Source: Phoronis australis | Taxonomy: Eukaryota > Animalia > Phoronida | Length of the DNA stretch: 64,000 bases | Assembly: GCA_002633005.1 (NCBI GenBank) | Contig: NMRA01000043.1 | Span: forward strand, 400,018 to 464,017 | Direction of reading: 5' to 3' | Shown here: positions 21,401-30,685 of the stretch, one piece after another | Position numbering within the stretch: position 1 is the stretch's first letter | How the letters are laid out: each line of letters opens with the position of its first letter | Translations under genes and position numbers: made by a program | The notes under the pieces: model-generated | Told to the model about the DNA's origin: nothing | The model's database searches: none | Seen by the model: the letters and a program-made list of their open reading frames with translations, nothing else

Positions 21401-23941
21401 CTGACCAGGTGTTTATTTGACACTGAACTTGGGATCCCTGCTCTTTAAAAAAACAACGTACCCCAAAACTGCAACGCGAAGTCTCAGTTCTGATAATTCG
21501 CGGCTCGATATTCCCTAGGCCCCAGGGGTTCACCCCTTCCGACTGCTGCCAATTGACCTATCGCAAGCTCAACCCCCTTGCGCAATGTTGACTAACAAAC
21601 AATAAGTTTTAACTGGCAACGTGTTGTTTGTCGGGTAAACGACCGGGTTGGAAACGAAGGTGCATGAATAATGTTGCGTTCTAAATGCAGGGCTTGGAAT
21701 GACCAATGACAAAAACGCGGGAACTTTTACAGCCCAAATCATGCGCGCTACCCAGCCTTGAAATGGTCGATGTGAACCTTTCCCCGACAAAAATCGGGAG
21801 GACTAAAAACATGTTACCACCATCAGTAGCATGCGTCTGCGTCCTTTTAGCTCGTCCGTCCACTCCCAACCCACACATTTTTGGCTGCAGAGCCATAGTA
21901 TTTGTCGCCGCGGTTTACAATAACACGAGACGCCATTGAAAATCCCGCCACGCTATCCCAGATGCCCCGGCAATGTTGACAATTTACGTTCCTCCAAAAC
22001 ATAAAGAGCAACTTCCGCTTTCAGAGGTGAACGTCGTATGCAACGCCGCGGTAAGAAAGAAATTTGACGCGGTAATTTTATATCAAATCCGATTTTTTTA
22101 CGCGGAAATATAATAAAATGCACGGACAGAACATTTGAAAAAAGCGGAAATCCGCGTTTCCGCGGAAAATTCCAAGCCCTGTAAATGGTCAGTTAAGCCG
22201 GCACTCAAAATCCTGGCAATAGGTCAATATTCAGCCAGCCTACATCGTAGATATTTCAGACTTGAATGGGAAGGATTTTGTTCCAGCTGAAACTAGCCAA
22301 TGAAGAAACAAAATTATTCGGGAGGGCTAAAAAGGCAGGTAGAAACAATATTCACAAAGTTAAGGGAATTCTTCAAAATCCGAGAGCTTCCCACCTAAAG
22401 CAAATTAGGAGTGTTGGAAAGACCACTGTCACATTTCTCTGGCTTTATTTTTTCGAATATGTTTTATCCAGAGCACTGCAGACGGAAACTTAGCACGGCA
22501 GACGGCACCGCTGAAGTTGTAGGTATTGAAGCCAGCGGGGTTCTTAGTTTTGTGAACATGGGAAGAAAATAAAATGACAAAGCGTTCAAGGTATTACATT
22601 TTGAAACAAATCCATGACCCGAAACAATAATTCGTTACTTGTATTATAATTCACATTGCCAAAAAACCGTCTTCGACACTGTCGTTGCATTCTTTATGAT
22701 CGATTTTTAATCTAACAAGAGCAACGCGGAGCGTTGAAATGCGCCCACAATTGCACCGCATACGGTATCCTTCTAGGGTTGTTTATTGGTATCATAAAGT
22801 GGCCAGTAGAGGGCATACTTTGCAAAATGGAAAGGCATGGTCATTGTCTCCTCAATAGGCTAGGGGCAAAATGTGAGTAATCTTCATAATACAAGCACAT
22901 CCTATACACCAGTTGCTTAAAGCACCACAGAAACATAGAATTAAAAACAAATTTACCAACATACGAGATTAGCACAGCATTAGAATGCCAGAAACAAATT
23001 TCTACTNGAGATACAGCCATAGGCGCAAAAAAACAAAACTGCCAATAGGAGGCGCCACAGTAGTCGAAATCGTCGGAAAATCATCGTAAACCGTCCTCTA
23101 CATAGTAAGCACATACATGCCAATTTTCACAATCATCCTTTGAGCGGTTTGGTTGATAGAGGGGTGGAAGCACAAAAACAGACTCGAAAACACTAAAAAT
23201 GGCCACTAGGTGGCGCAAACTATGTCGAATCCATCCGAAAACGGCAGGATAGCGTCATCTCACTAGTAGGTGCCTACATACCAAATTTCATGAAAATCCG
23301 TTCAGGACTTTTGAAGATACAAAGGTAAGCGTAAAAAAATAAAATTGCCACTAGGGGGCACACCAGTAGTCGGATCCGTCCGAAAGTTCGCACATGCCGT
23401 CCCATTCGTGAATGGAACATATGTGCCAAATTTCATGAACGTATGTCAAAGGGTTTTGGAGATAGAGCAGTGGACGCCGGACGGACGGACGGACGGACAG
23501 AGATGACGGCATAATGCGTCCACATATAAATATGTGGGCGCATAAAAATGGGTAATCGTGCGTTTCCTTATCACTGGGCGCGTAATCATCAATCTTCAAA
23601 AGTCGGGGATGGGCGCTTAACCGAGAGATGGGCGCTTAACCGAGAGGTGGGCGCTTAACTGGAAATCTATAAAAATCGGAGAGGGGTGGTTAACCGAGCA
23701 GTGGACGGTTAAATCGAAAATCCACCTAAAGTAGGGGATGGGCGGTTAAGTGAGCATGGGCGATAACGCGAACGTTTACGGTAGTATAAACTAGACTGCT
23801 CATACCATCACTTGCACAACAGATATATCAAGGGATTGTCCTTCATGCAGTCCATAAACATTCTCCATTAAAACTTACTGTCTGTCAAAATCCAACATTG
23901 CTGGAGTGAATCTAATACTTCTTGGCGTACCGCCATCGCCT
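1372..23941 (-). CDS. TMEM131: TMEM131 (transmembrane protein 131 / RW1) orthologue, partial: 20 spliced coding exons, about 806 aa of the N-terminal luminal region
   Basis: Exons joined at GT-AG sites keep one open frame with all phases consistent. The peptide matches recalled TMEM131 motifs: IRFTPAMLDF-RQPVGMP, HFHCSFFQ, PPGSNTSFEVVFLAREVGNVENTLYI, VFGVGIPNPYRLRPFL, EMFSSGGDLHLELPTG, EIQPYETKPVMRASF, LFTNASAFHLPV, CLDDCYLGLP, LRFPLTQIG. Truncated at the left window edge; 5' exons not located. Confidence 0.96.
1660..2410 (+). repeat. Dispersed repeat, copy 1 (unclassified)
   Basis: 1660-1940 and 2240-2410 align with 4265-4740 (ttctcacatgacctgg...caacttcttaaacggacccatcttcg; aaaagttgcgtcat...ggattctcta); this copy has an extra ~300 bp. 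Confidence 0.75.
2746..2890 (-). CDS. TMEM131: TMEM131 exon (145 nt) VNITVQVDISDIRGFLFPAQVHFQWPRYFYRYTPPILRFPLTQIGNSS
   Basis: cttcag / gtgagt; WP...L.FPLT motif. Confidence 0.93.
3662..3818. mobile_element. Short MITE with imperfect terminal inverted repeats (possibly PIF/Harbinger-like)
   Basis: cgttcagtaacgctaggacct ... aggtcctagcggctactaaacg inverted ends, about 20 bp from a TMEM131 donor site. Confidence 0.55.
3839..3956 (-). CDS. TMEM131: TMEM131 exon (118 nt) GHQWLLGLSLNKDVADIDQYLYTRFRQKWDILGLTEQT
   Basis: ttttcag / gtaagt; phases 1 and 2 fit the flanking exons. Confidence 0.9.
4265..4740 (+). repeat. Dispersed repeat, copy 2 (unclassified)
   Basis: Homologous to 1660-2410. Confidence 0.75.
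5140..5215 (-). CDS. TMEM131: TMEM131 exon (76 nt) MGKLYFDAKRECLDDCYLGLPTNIP
   Basis: ttttcag / gtatgg; YFD....C...CY.GLP motif. Confidence 0.94.
5615..6830 (-). mobile_element. Helentron-associated non-autonomous element (HINE/DINE-1-like) with an internal ~150-bp tandem array
   Basis: One end is acaagagcaatgcagagcattg (stem-loop) plus subTIR atgcgctcac. The other end is the hairpin atgcacccacatgtaaatatgtgagcgc. About 7 repeat units each contain gccactag-type motifs. Confidence 0.8.
6852..7004 (-). CDS. TMEM131: TMEM131 exon (153 nt) EKVTFKALILRSTF...DSRFYWEPPKNSPIMLEPQQDTI
   Basis: ttttcag / gtaagt; D.RFY and LEP motifs. Confidence 0.92.
7289..7375 (-). CDS. TMEM131: TMEM131 exon (87 nt) ILYIPITLRTADGSIQAVPDKIVFDNVYP
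   Basis: tttcag / gtaagt; phase 0-0. Confidence 0.92.
7608..7712 (-). CDS. TMEM131: TMEM131 exon (105 nt) LILKPYHFAVFSVNLVAPDYEATFAAEVKIVSQFQ
   Basis: ttccag / gtaagt; FAVF.V.L motif. Confidence 0.92.
7691..7795. repeat. 53-bp diverged tandem duplication spanning a TMEM131 3' splice site
   Basis: agtggtatggctttaagattaactggaatacc...acatgatca versus agtggtatagcttgctgattaactggaatacc...acatgatca. Confidence 0.85.
8080..8202 (-). CDS. TMEM131: TMEM131 exon (123 nt) IVISHYRANLRKTTLELLGVEKGNGT...QKDP
   Basis: tttcag / gtaagc; EL..VE.GN.T motif. Confidence 0.92.
8866..8976 (-). CDS. TMEM131: TMEM131 exon (111 nt) IVHHRPEIYEGQLDFGTLGMDEERSMTFTIRNDNPID
   Basis: cttttag / gtatgt; DFG.L and N.NPI motifs. 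Confidence 0.93.
9378..9448. repeat. (CTG/CAG)n microsatellite, intronic
   Basis: Direct reading; it produces the spurious poly-C and poly-L ORFs. Confidence 0.95.
9681..9835. repeat. 30-bp minisatellite, about 5 identical copies (aataatcccattctggaaccatgttgttga)
   Basis: Perfect 30-nt periodicity with no spacers. Confidence 0.95.
10076..10246 (-). CDS. TMEM131: TMEM131 exon (171 nt) IFNFSKPVVLLPGQ...LFTNASAFHLPVIIYNGKLK
   Basis: ttgcag / gtgagc; NFSKPV and TNAS.FHLPV motifs. Confidence 0.94.
10916..11069 (-). CDS. TMEM131: TMEM131 exon (154 nt) SLLYNASSLRFQSGKSPFNNMTRNLTITNTFNVTVVVYNASIPDEYLQYFT
   Basis: ttttcag / gtatgt; TNTF motif; phase consistent. Confidence 0.92.
11244..12524 (-). mobile_element. 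Young HINE/DINE-1-like Helentron derivative (spans an N-gap)
   Basis: aacaagagcaacgcggagcgttg stem-loop plus subTIR atgcgcccaca; tandem core; (GACG)n at 12420-12476; terminal hairpin atgcgtccacatataaatatgtgggcgcat; near-identical to 22714-23548. Confidence 0.88.
11636..11972. other. Assembly gap (N-run)
   Basis: N bases; lies within a HINE tandem array. Confidence 0.99.
12657..12762 (-). CDS. TMEM131: TMEM131 exon (106 nt) SRALSPKHWSGKIVIKSKNMQHKLTIPYRADVLHG
   Basis: ctttcag / gtaaga; SGKI...KL.IPY.A.VL.G motif. Confidence 0.93.
13072..13180 (-). CDS. TMEM131: TMEM131 exon (109 nt) SVSIVPPNDAVNIEFRPVKVRPELHRATSIGSITFT
   Basis: cctgcag / gtagca (weak donor); phase consistent; P.NDA...F.P motif. 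Confidence 0.9.
13918..14036 (-). CDS. TMEM131: TMEM131 exon (119 nt) PGLYAPTEVLDFGILRTLDSPKSLKLKLVNSCSKAVHLT
   Basis: tttgcag / gtaagt; LDFG motif; phase consistent. Confidence 0.94.
14108..14330. repeat. ~27-bp minisatellite (gactaactgtatactgtgcaaattgtt), about 8 copies
   Basis: Direct periodicity. Confidence 0.93.
15408..15555 (-). CDS. TMEM131: TMEM131 exon (148 nt) EIQPYETKPVMRASF...LVLPVEVEVSS
   Basis: ttttcag / gtaggt; ORF 15316..15573 peptide. Confidence 0.95.
16234..16407. repeat. 57-bp tandem repeat x3 that includes a TMEM131 5' splice site
   Basis: Units start at 16234, 16291 and 16348; each ends ...ccttacccataa (minus strand TTATGG|GTAAGG). Confidence 0.93.
16399..16479 (-). 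CDS. TMEM131: TMEM131 exon (81 nt) VTEMFSSGGDLHLELPTGEAEAPKKLW
   Basis: ccctag / gtaagg; conserved SSGGDLHLELP motif. Confidence 0.95.
16985..17107 (-). CDS. TMEM131: TMEM131 exon (123 nt) VFGVGIPNPYRLRPFLRARVPLN...HNPYEKTLQ
   Basis: cttttcag / gtaagt; conserved peptide. Confidence 0.96.
18372..18485 (-). CDS. TMEM131: TMEM131 exon (114 nt) LVPPGSNTSFEVVFLAREVGNVENTLYIHTSQGTYKYQ
   Basis: tttcag / gttagt; highly conserved peptide. Confidence 0.96.
18909..19032 (-). CDS. TMEM131: TMEM131 exon (124 nt) PVGMPVMEQVTVQNP...HFHCSFFQDK
   Basis: tttaccag / gtgagt; ORF 18732..19052 peptide. Confidence 0.95.
21688..22181. mobile_element. hAT-like MITE nested in the Tc2-like element
   Basis: 13-bp TIR cagggcttggaat / attccaagccctg with flanking direct repeat TAAATG; a related right end lies at ~36050-36358. 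Confidence 0.8.
22714..23548 (-). mobile_element. Young HINE/DINE-1-like element nested in the Tc2-like element
   Basis: Near-identical to 11244-12524. It interrupts the host consensus tctaa^aagtcggg at an A-run (TT on the minus strand) with no TSD, as expected for Helentrons. Single-N join at 23008. Confidence 0.9.
23879..23941 (-). CDS. TMEM131: TMEM131 exon (63 nt) GDGGTPRSIRFTPAMLDFDRQ
   Basis: gtttttcag acceptor and gtaagt donor; resembles the PIRFEPPMLDFHEQ segment of vertebrate TMEM131; phase 2 joins the next exon. Confidence 0.92.
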
Positions 23942-24099
23942 CTGAAAAACACAAGAGAGTAACGTTATGATTGAAAAAGAGTAATGACATATATTGACCG
24001 TGTGCATCACAAAGCATAAAAATATGAGGTGCTCCTTTTTCAAATATTTCCATGGTGCTGAGATCTTGGTCAGTCCAAGATCAACACCAGCCACGCTCT

Positions 24100-24910
24100 T
24101 CTAAAGAGGAACACTCATGAAGATATATGAAGAATTGATATGTGATGAGGCAACTGCAAAGAAAATCCAAATTTACACCAGAGAGCAACAAAGTAGTTAG
24201 ACCTGTCCAAAAACCCAACACCATGCCATGGTCTCTTCAATAATATATAAGCATAACTTCACCAAGCTGGTGAGGCAGGAAGAGAAATGAAATTTTTAAC
24301 AAGGTCCACCAAAGTTTTCAAAGCTGTCTAAAAACCAATGGCCGCCATGCTCTCTTCAACAGGATTATATACGTCAAATTAAATACATATCCATCAAAGA
24401 AAACTGAAGCAAACACAAAAAACTGAAATTGTCACACAGGGGCTCCACAGCAGATCTGCCCAAAAATTAATGTCACCATTGCTCCCCTCAATAAGAATAC
24501 ATCTGCCACCTTTCATCATGATTATGCGGTTTCAAGTGATTTGGCAGAGGATAGAAAGGTGGGTGTCAAAACACTAGAAAATAATAACATAAGGTAGAAA
24601 GAAGAGGATACATACTTCGTCACATTCATTGAGCATCAGGAACGTGTTGTTCTTGTCTCAATAGAAAAGTATAAACGAAATTTCATAAGAATCTGTCAAG
24701 GAACTTGATATGTAAGCAAACATAAAAAATTAAAATTGCCACTAGGAGGCACAACTGTAGTCGGATCCAGCTGAAGGTCAACAAACACCTTCAGTTCCAC
24801 AAGAACACCTCAGCCAGATTTCGCGAAGATCCTTTAAGAGGATTAGGAGATATGGCAGCGGATGCCGGATACCCATACAGAGATGACGGGACCATGCGCC
24901 CACATGAAAT
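24100..24910 (-). mobile_element. Degenerate HINE-like copy
   Basis: aaaattgccactaggaggcac...gtcggatcc...ggagatatggcagcggatgccgga...cagagatgacgggaccatgcgcccacat matches the HINE family; left boundary uncertain. Confidence 0.65.
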
Positions 24911-26554
24911 CCAAGCTCTGAACTCCAGCTTACAGGTTACTCTTCTTTTCTACATCAGTAAACATCTCTAATTGTGCTCTAAAGCATCACAGAAAGTTTG
25001 AAAATGTGTCTTCTGGTGAAGATCAAAAGTACCTTTGTCTTGCACAAAATGTAGAAATGCTAAAAACTGGCAAAGGCCTTGTAACCTATATACAATGACA
25101 GTAAGTGATGAGCAACACCTACCAGGTATGCTGATCATTGTCATTGTACACACAGAGGTCAAGACCTCTCTCAGGTTATCAAGACTCAGGTTGCAGACTT
25201 CAAAATTTCAAAAATCAGCCTCGTCCTAGAAGATAAATGTTAGTGTCTACCATATTTGTCCAAGTTATCACCAAGGGTGCTTAAAATTGGGAACTAAAGA
25301 ATGAGGGGAGGGTCCTTAAACCAAGCATAGAAGCTTGAAAACAACATTTTTGAGAAGGTAAGCATGTCGAACTCGCGTGCAAGACTTAAAGCTGCATTTC
25401 GTATTGTTTAGCTAGCTAAAATTGAAAACCAAAATAACTTTTCAGTTTTTGNAAAACTGGCAAAGGCCTTGTAAACTATATACAATGACAGTAAGTGATG
25501 AGCAACACGTACCAGGTATGCTGATCATTGTCATTGTACACACAGAGGTCAAGACCTCTCTCAGGTTATCAAGACTCAGGTTGCAGACTTCAAAATTTCA
25601 AAAATCAGCCTAGTCCTAGAAGATAAATGTTAGTGTCTACCATATTTGTCCAAGTTATCACCAAGGGTGCTTAAAATTGGGAACTAAAGAATGAGGGGAG
25701 GGTCCTTAAACCAAGCATAGAAGCTTGAAAACAACATTTTTGAGAAGGTAAGCATGTTGAACTAGCGTGCAAGACTTAAAGCTGCATTTCGTATTGTTTA
25801 GCTAGCTAAAATTGAAAACCAAAATAACTTTTCAGTTTTTGTTAAATTGTTTTCTGTTGGCAAGAGGAACATATAGATCCCCCAAAGGTAAAGAAATGTA
25901 TCAGGGAAATCTTCGATTTTACTGAAGTTGGCCAAACCTGAAATACGAAAATGGTGCGCCAGGAATTATACTGTCAACAATAACAATTCCTGTGAATACA
26001 TAAGACCAATGACCCCAGTTGACCTAGTTACTTAGCAACGACATTTTATTCATGCAATATTAAGTTCGTTGAAAACACAACTAAATTTTTTATTTGAAAG
26101 CTTGATAGAGTTTCTCCTAGAGTCGAAACAATCTCCTTTCTTCGGGTGTGCAGCTATATAGCAAAACACATTTTAAGTGCAATGAAAATCCCATGACAGA
26201 TACTGTTGCCAAGACTCAATTGCAAAGTTTAGAACTTCACTAAGTGATTCAGTTGACACCAACCAAGTGTTATTGAGACATAACACTGTTTTAAAATGCT
26301 GAAACCATATGTGCGCGTGCCACTCAGATACATGCAGCTTGTGTTGTCAATAGGACGCCATATTGGAGTGCTACACAAGACAAAATGGCAGAAAACACTG
26401 GGGGCTCTATGGCATCAGTCGGGAAATGCCGGGTCTCGCAGTGTTCTGCCTGCAGCCAAAGAGTTAAATTTTTTCGTCCTGTCATTGAGTCATGGGTTTT
26501 TTGATTTGGCCATGGAGTTTAGAGGTGCTGACACTAGGTTTTTATACCATAGTT

Positions 26555-27781
26555 CATAGGCGGATTTAGGGGGGGCCCAGGGGNGCCGCAAAAAAAATAA
26601 AACAGTAAGAGCGTAGGGAAATGGTGAGTATATTAGTAAACCCCGATAATTAAAATCATACGGATGAAAAGAAGATTTAAATGTGTGCAGTTTTAGTGTT
26701 TGGGGGGGGCTCAAACCCAATTTCAAGTATTAAATTCGGAACACGGCGCATTCGTAACGGAGCTATGGCTAAGTATAGGCTCTCCCGCGATATCCCAGGC
26801 GACCGGCAGTGGCGTTGCGCACTACGACTCAGTTTTCGTCGTCTGCTCCACTGTGCAATGAAGAAAATTTACTTCATTTTTTAAAGAGAATGGAACCTGA
26901 GTGACGATGGAAAAACAGAAGCTGCTGGTAAGATGGGAATTTTAATGAAAGCCTTAGTGAATCACTCAGAAACTCGCAATACTCTCTTTGTCAAACCTTA
27001 TCTTAAGACGATTTCCAAAGCAATCNTAACGGAGCTATGGCTAAGTATAGGCTCTCCCGCGATATCCCAGGCGACCGGCAGTGGCGCTGCGCACTACGAC
27101 TCAGTTTTCGTCGTCTGCTCCACTGTGCAATGAAGAAAATTTACTTCATTTTTTAAAGAGAATGGAACCTGAGTGACGATGGAAAAACAGAAGCTGCTGG
27201 TAAGATGGGAATTTTAATAGAAGCCTTAGTGAATCACTCAGAAACTCGCAATACTCTCTTTGTCAAACCTTATCTTAAGACGATTTCCAAAGCAATCCCG
27301 TCATCATTGCCAAAACGAAAAACGGATCTGGTCTTTTGGGCATTTGAAGACTATTTTAAATACGACAAATTTGTTAACAATTGATGGCACAAAATATAAA
27401 ACGTGTAACAAGCATTACGAAAAGAAGTAGGTTTCGCGCGCAAACGCTGTGGACCATAAACAAGTAGGTCTTTTAGTATGGAATTTGTAGTTAATCGTGG
27501 TGGTGTAGTGGTAACGCACGCGCTCTCTATCCGCCAGGTCGTGAGTTCGAGTCTCTGGTAAGTTCAGTTTTCCTGTTTGACACGTTCTCCGTGTTTTGTT
27601 TTCCTTTTTTTCTTGGATAATACTTCAGGAATCAAGGACAATGCTTGATTTTTAGAGGTAAAAACAGAAAAATTTCCCATTCGGTGCTATGCGCATCTAC
27701 AATCGTGGTTCACTTTGCGCAAATGCTTACAGTCGGACAAAATGTTGGGAAGCCCCTTGTGATATCCTAGATCCGCCACTG
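26555..27781. mobile_element. hAT-like non-autonomous element with a 5-bp flanking direct repeat TAGTT
   Basis: Imperfect TIR cataggcggatttagg / cctagatccgccactg; tagtt on both flanks (26550-26554 and 27782-27786). Confidence 0.7.
27497..27568 (+). pseudogene. tRNA-derived (SINE-head-like) remnant inside the hAT-like element
   Basis: A-box-like ggtgtagtggt and B-box-like gagttcgagtc at tRNA spacing; acceptor and anticodon stems do not pair well. Confidence 0.55.
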
Positions 27782-28319
27782 TAGTTTAAGGGGAGCGACT
27801 ATATGCATTGTTTCCACATCGGTCTTGGTGATTGAGACTATATAAGATCAATTAAAAAGATAATTATTGAGCACCATCAGCTGTTATCCAATGATGGTGC
27901 TGTTTCCTAATTATATTTAAGTAAATATTTGGTATTAATGACAATCATATGTATTTTTACTTGTACTGAAAAATAACATCCCCAAACTTACTCGCCAGCT
28001 ATCGAAATCAGTACATCTATGTGAATATACTGCTTTAAAAACTCATTTTTAATATGTATTTCAAAATCATTTGTTTTTTGTTGAATCAAAGCAAATCCAT
28101 GCAAAATCTGTACTTATGTCGAAGTTGATATTGTCGATTTGCACTGCTTGCTTACGAGCTCTCTGTTTTGGGACGAAACTTGCGCAAAAAGTAGAGTGCA
28201 TAGTAACCAAAATATCAAACCTGTGCGACTGAATTGCGCATCCAACCTTTACCCAAAATACATAATTTCCCACTCAAAACCGAATAGAAATCTAGCCAAC
28301 TGAGCCGATATAGCATTAG

Positions 28320-29410
28320 TTATGACCCCGTGAAAAATGACCCCGGTTAGCTTTTTCACAGGGTCTAAACTTAATGTGAAGGATTTTCAGCCCATGAAAA
28401 AATTACCCCACGTCCATGAAAACCTGTCCTGTCATTACTCAATGGTTCCCCCGCAACACGGGGTTGGGGTAAGTGGACAGCGTACGTGAGAGAATTTATT
28501 TTAAATTTCTCGGCTCAAGGTCACGCAGTATGTATATCAGATTAAGGGTGGGGATGGATAGAAACCGAAATGTGTGGGAGCAGGGCGGATTTCTTTATGA
28601 GCACACAATTGTACAGTGCGGGGATACCACAAAACGCCAACAAGTGCCTGGTGCTTGATCGGGGGGACTTCAGATCTGTGACAGAGGAATATCGTGTGTG
28701 TGAGAATATTTGTATGTTGGCAATTGCGAGCGAAGCACAGGAAAGGAACTGAGTCTGTGTACTTTGCTTTTTATATTACGGCGTTCTCCCAATGAGTCTA
28801 AATTGTTAAGTTGTATATCACAACAAGTTGGGCAGATGACCGCTGTAGCCAATATATTACACAGTCGACTGATAAAGTCCATTCTGGCAATTAGGGTTAG
28901 AGGGTCAACTCTTTTGTTCGATAATTGCTCTAATCTCCGATCTGATCTTTGTATTGTATATCCTCACTGGGCTGTGCTGCTAAAAACCAGTTAAGTTATA
29001 AAATGTGTGAACATAAACCAATGGCATTTCTGAATTGCCCAAATACTGATCAAGCTTATAGTTTTTGAATCACCAAAATCGCCAACTACAATCGAAGTTA
29101 AGACAATGTATTCTGTCCGAACGTACCAACGTACTGGGTTTGACAGTGTTCACATGCGATCAGCCTGGAAGATAATTTATCTGCATGTTATCCTACCAGA
29201 CAAAATACTGTGCTTGCCAGCAGCTAGATGTCATCACATGCTCACAACCTCTGTACGAACGCCCTAATGAACTTTAAAAACCTGCCAATTATTCATGACC
29301 CCAATGTGGTCATTTTTCAAAGTAGCTCGCATTAAATTTAGACCCCCATTAAAAGGGACCCGGGTCATATTTTAATTTTACAAAGTTACCCGGGGTCATT
29401 GTTCAACACT
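28320..29410. mobile_element. Degenerate TIR/foldback-like element with TGACCCC/GGGTCA subterminal repeats
   Basis: gggtctaaacttaatg (~28361) is inverted relative to cattaaatttagacccc (~29330); clustered gacccc/gggtca motifs at both ends. Confidence 0.45.
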
Positions 29411-30685
29411 CAGTAAAAAGGCTTACTGGGGAAACACGAAAGTACGTCCCAAGTGAGCGACACGTCTCCTGGATATAATGTATTTGCATCGAGCGACATG
29501 GATTAAATGATAAATTTGAGCGATCTTAGTGGTTTCTCTTGAAAAAAACCAAAAAATAAAACGTTCACAAGGGATTGACAGGCGTGCAGCTGCTCAAGCC
29601 ACTTGAGAATATACCACTGGTTGCAATCTTGTAATAGTCTGATATTTTCCCTATCGACTGATTAACTCTTTAAAAACGCATGTAAGTGCTACATCTCATG
29701 TTTTTGTGTTTCTGGAAAAAATCCCACTCTTAGGCCTCTTTATTTGTTAGACATCGCACTTTGAAAAGGACAATTTATCCCGTTTGTTTACACGGCAATT
29801 AGCCGTGTCACGTGACTAGTAGCACTCTCCAATATGGCGTCAAATTGCCAGCTGCACTAGTGTGTGCCCCGGTTTATAGTATGTATGGTAAAGTCGCGTG
29901 ATTTTCGGACACTGAAAATTAATTCCAATAGAAAAAATTCATTCTTGGACGAATCTCGCGAAATATCATTTTGTGGTGTCCGAATTTGGCGGACCTCCAA
30001 ATTTGGGTTTCCGCTAGTGTCCGAATTTCGTGGGTGTACATTATTTCGATGAGCGGTCGTAGTATCAACAATGCTGGCTCGGTCATTTGATAGCAGTATA
30101 ATTGCAGGTAAATAAGACTCAAATGGTCTGAGCGATTAATTTTTGAAAATCTGGCTTTCCCAATAAGAAATGTGCGTCGTCGACGCACAAAGACCGTTCC
30201 CAACAAGTGTTGGTTCTTCTTTTCAAAGATGTGCTTTCTCAATACGAAATATTCGGCTTGCATTGCCGATGCTCAAAAACCGTTCTCGGCAAGAGACGGA
30301 ATCTTTTCAAAACTGCGCTATCTCACTTGTAATATCGGCCGGGCTGCATTGTGAAGAGTCTTCCTGGTGACAAATATGGGCTTTTCAATGAGTGGGTCTG
30401 GTTTGCGTTGTTGACGCTCATGAAACGTTACAGACAACCGATTCTCTTTTGTAAAAATGCATTTTCTCAATAAAAAATGTCGAGTTTGCGCTGTCAACGC
30501 ATGGTTTCCCAATAAAAAGCTGGACCTGCGTATTCGGCGCACAAAGAGGGTTCCCGACCATCAAAACATGCGCTTTCTCAATTTTAACGAATTTTGCATT
30601 AAACGTAACAGTAATGGATGTGGGAACGAGTTCAGTGAAGAAAGTGACGAACAATGACAAGAACATAGCATATAGTTATGTTTGT

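Larger units (their letters stand above)
19910..23781 (-). mobile_element. Non-autonomous Tc1/mariner-superfamily (Tc2-like) element carrying two nested insertions
   Basis: TA|ccgtaaacattcggg ... cgcgaacgtttacgg|TA; subterminal TTAANCGCCC arrays; internal homology to 44451-46894 in the opposite orientation. Confidence 0.85.

Noticed and set aside
25062-25841. ~390-bp near-perfect tandem duplication
   Set aside because: The copies meet at a single N (25452), the typical signature of overlapping contig ends or haplotypes; probably an assembly artefact
26755-27297. ~271-bp near-perfect tandem duplication
   Set aside because: The copies are joined at a single N (27026); likely an assembly artefact
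27497-27568. Functional tRNA gene
   Set aside because: A and B boxes are present, but the acceptor and anticodon stems do not form a proper cloverleaf
27992-28029. 38-nt phase-compatible candidate upstream TMEM131 exon (YIHIDVLISIAG)
   Set aside because: No recognisable homology, and it lies at what looks like a ctttaa-terminated (Kolobok-like) element end; unsupported without transcripts
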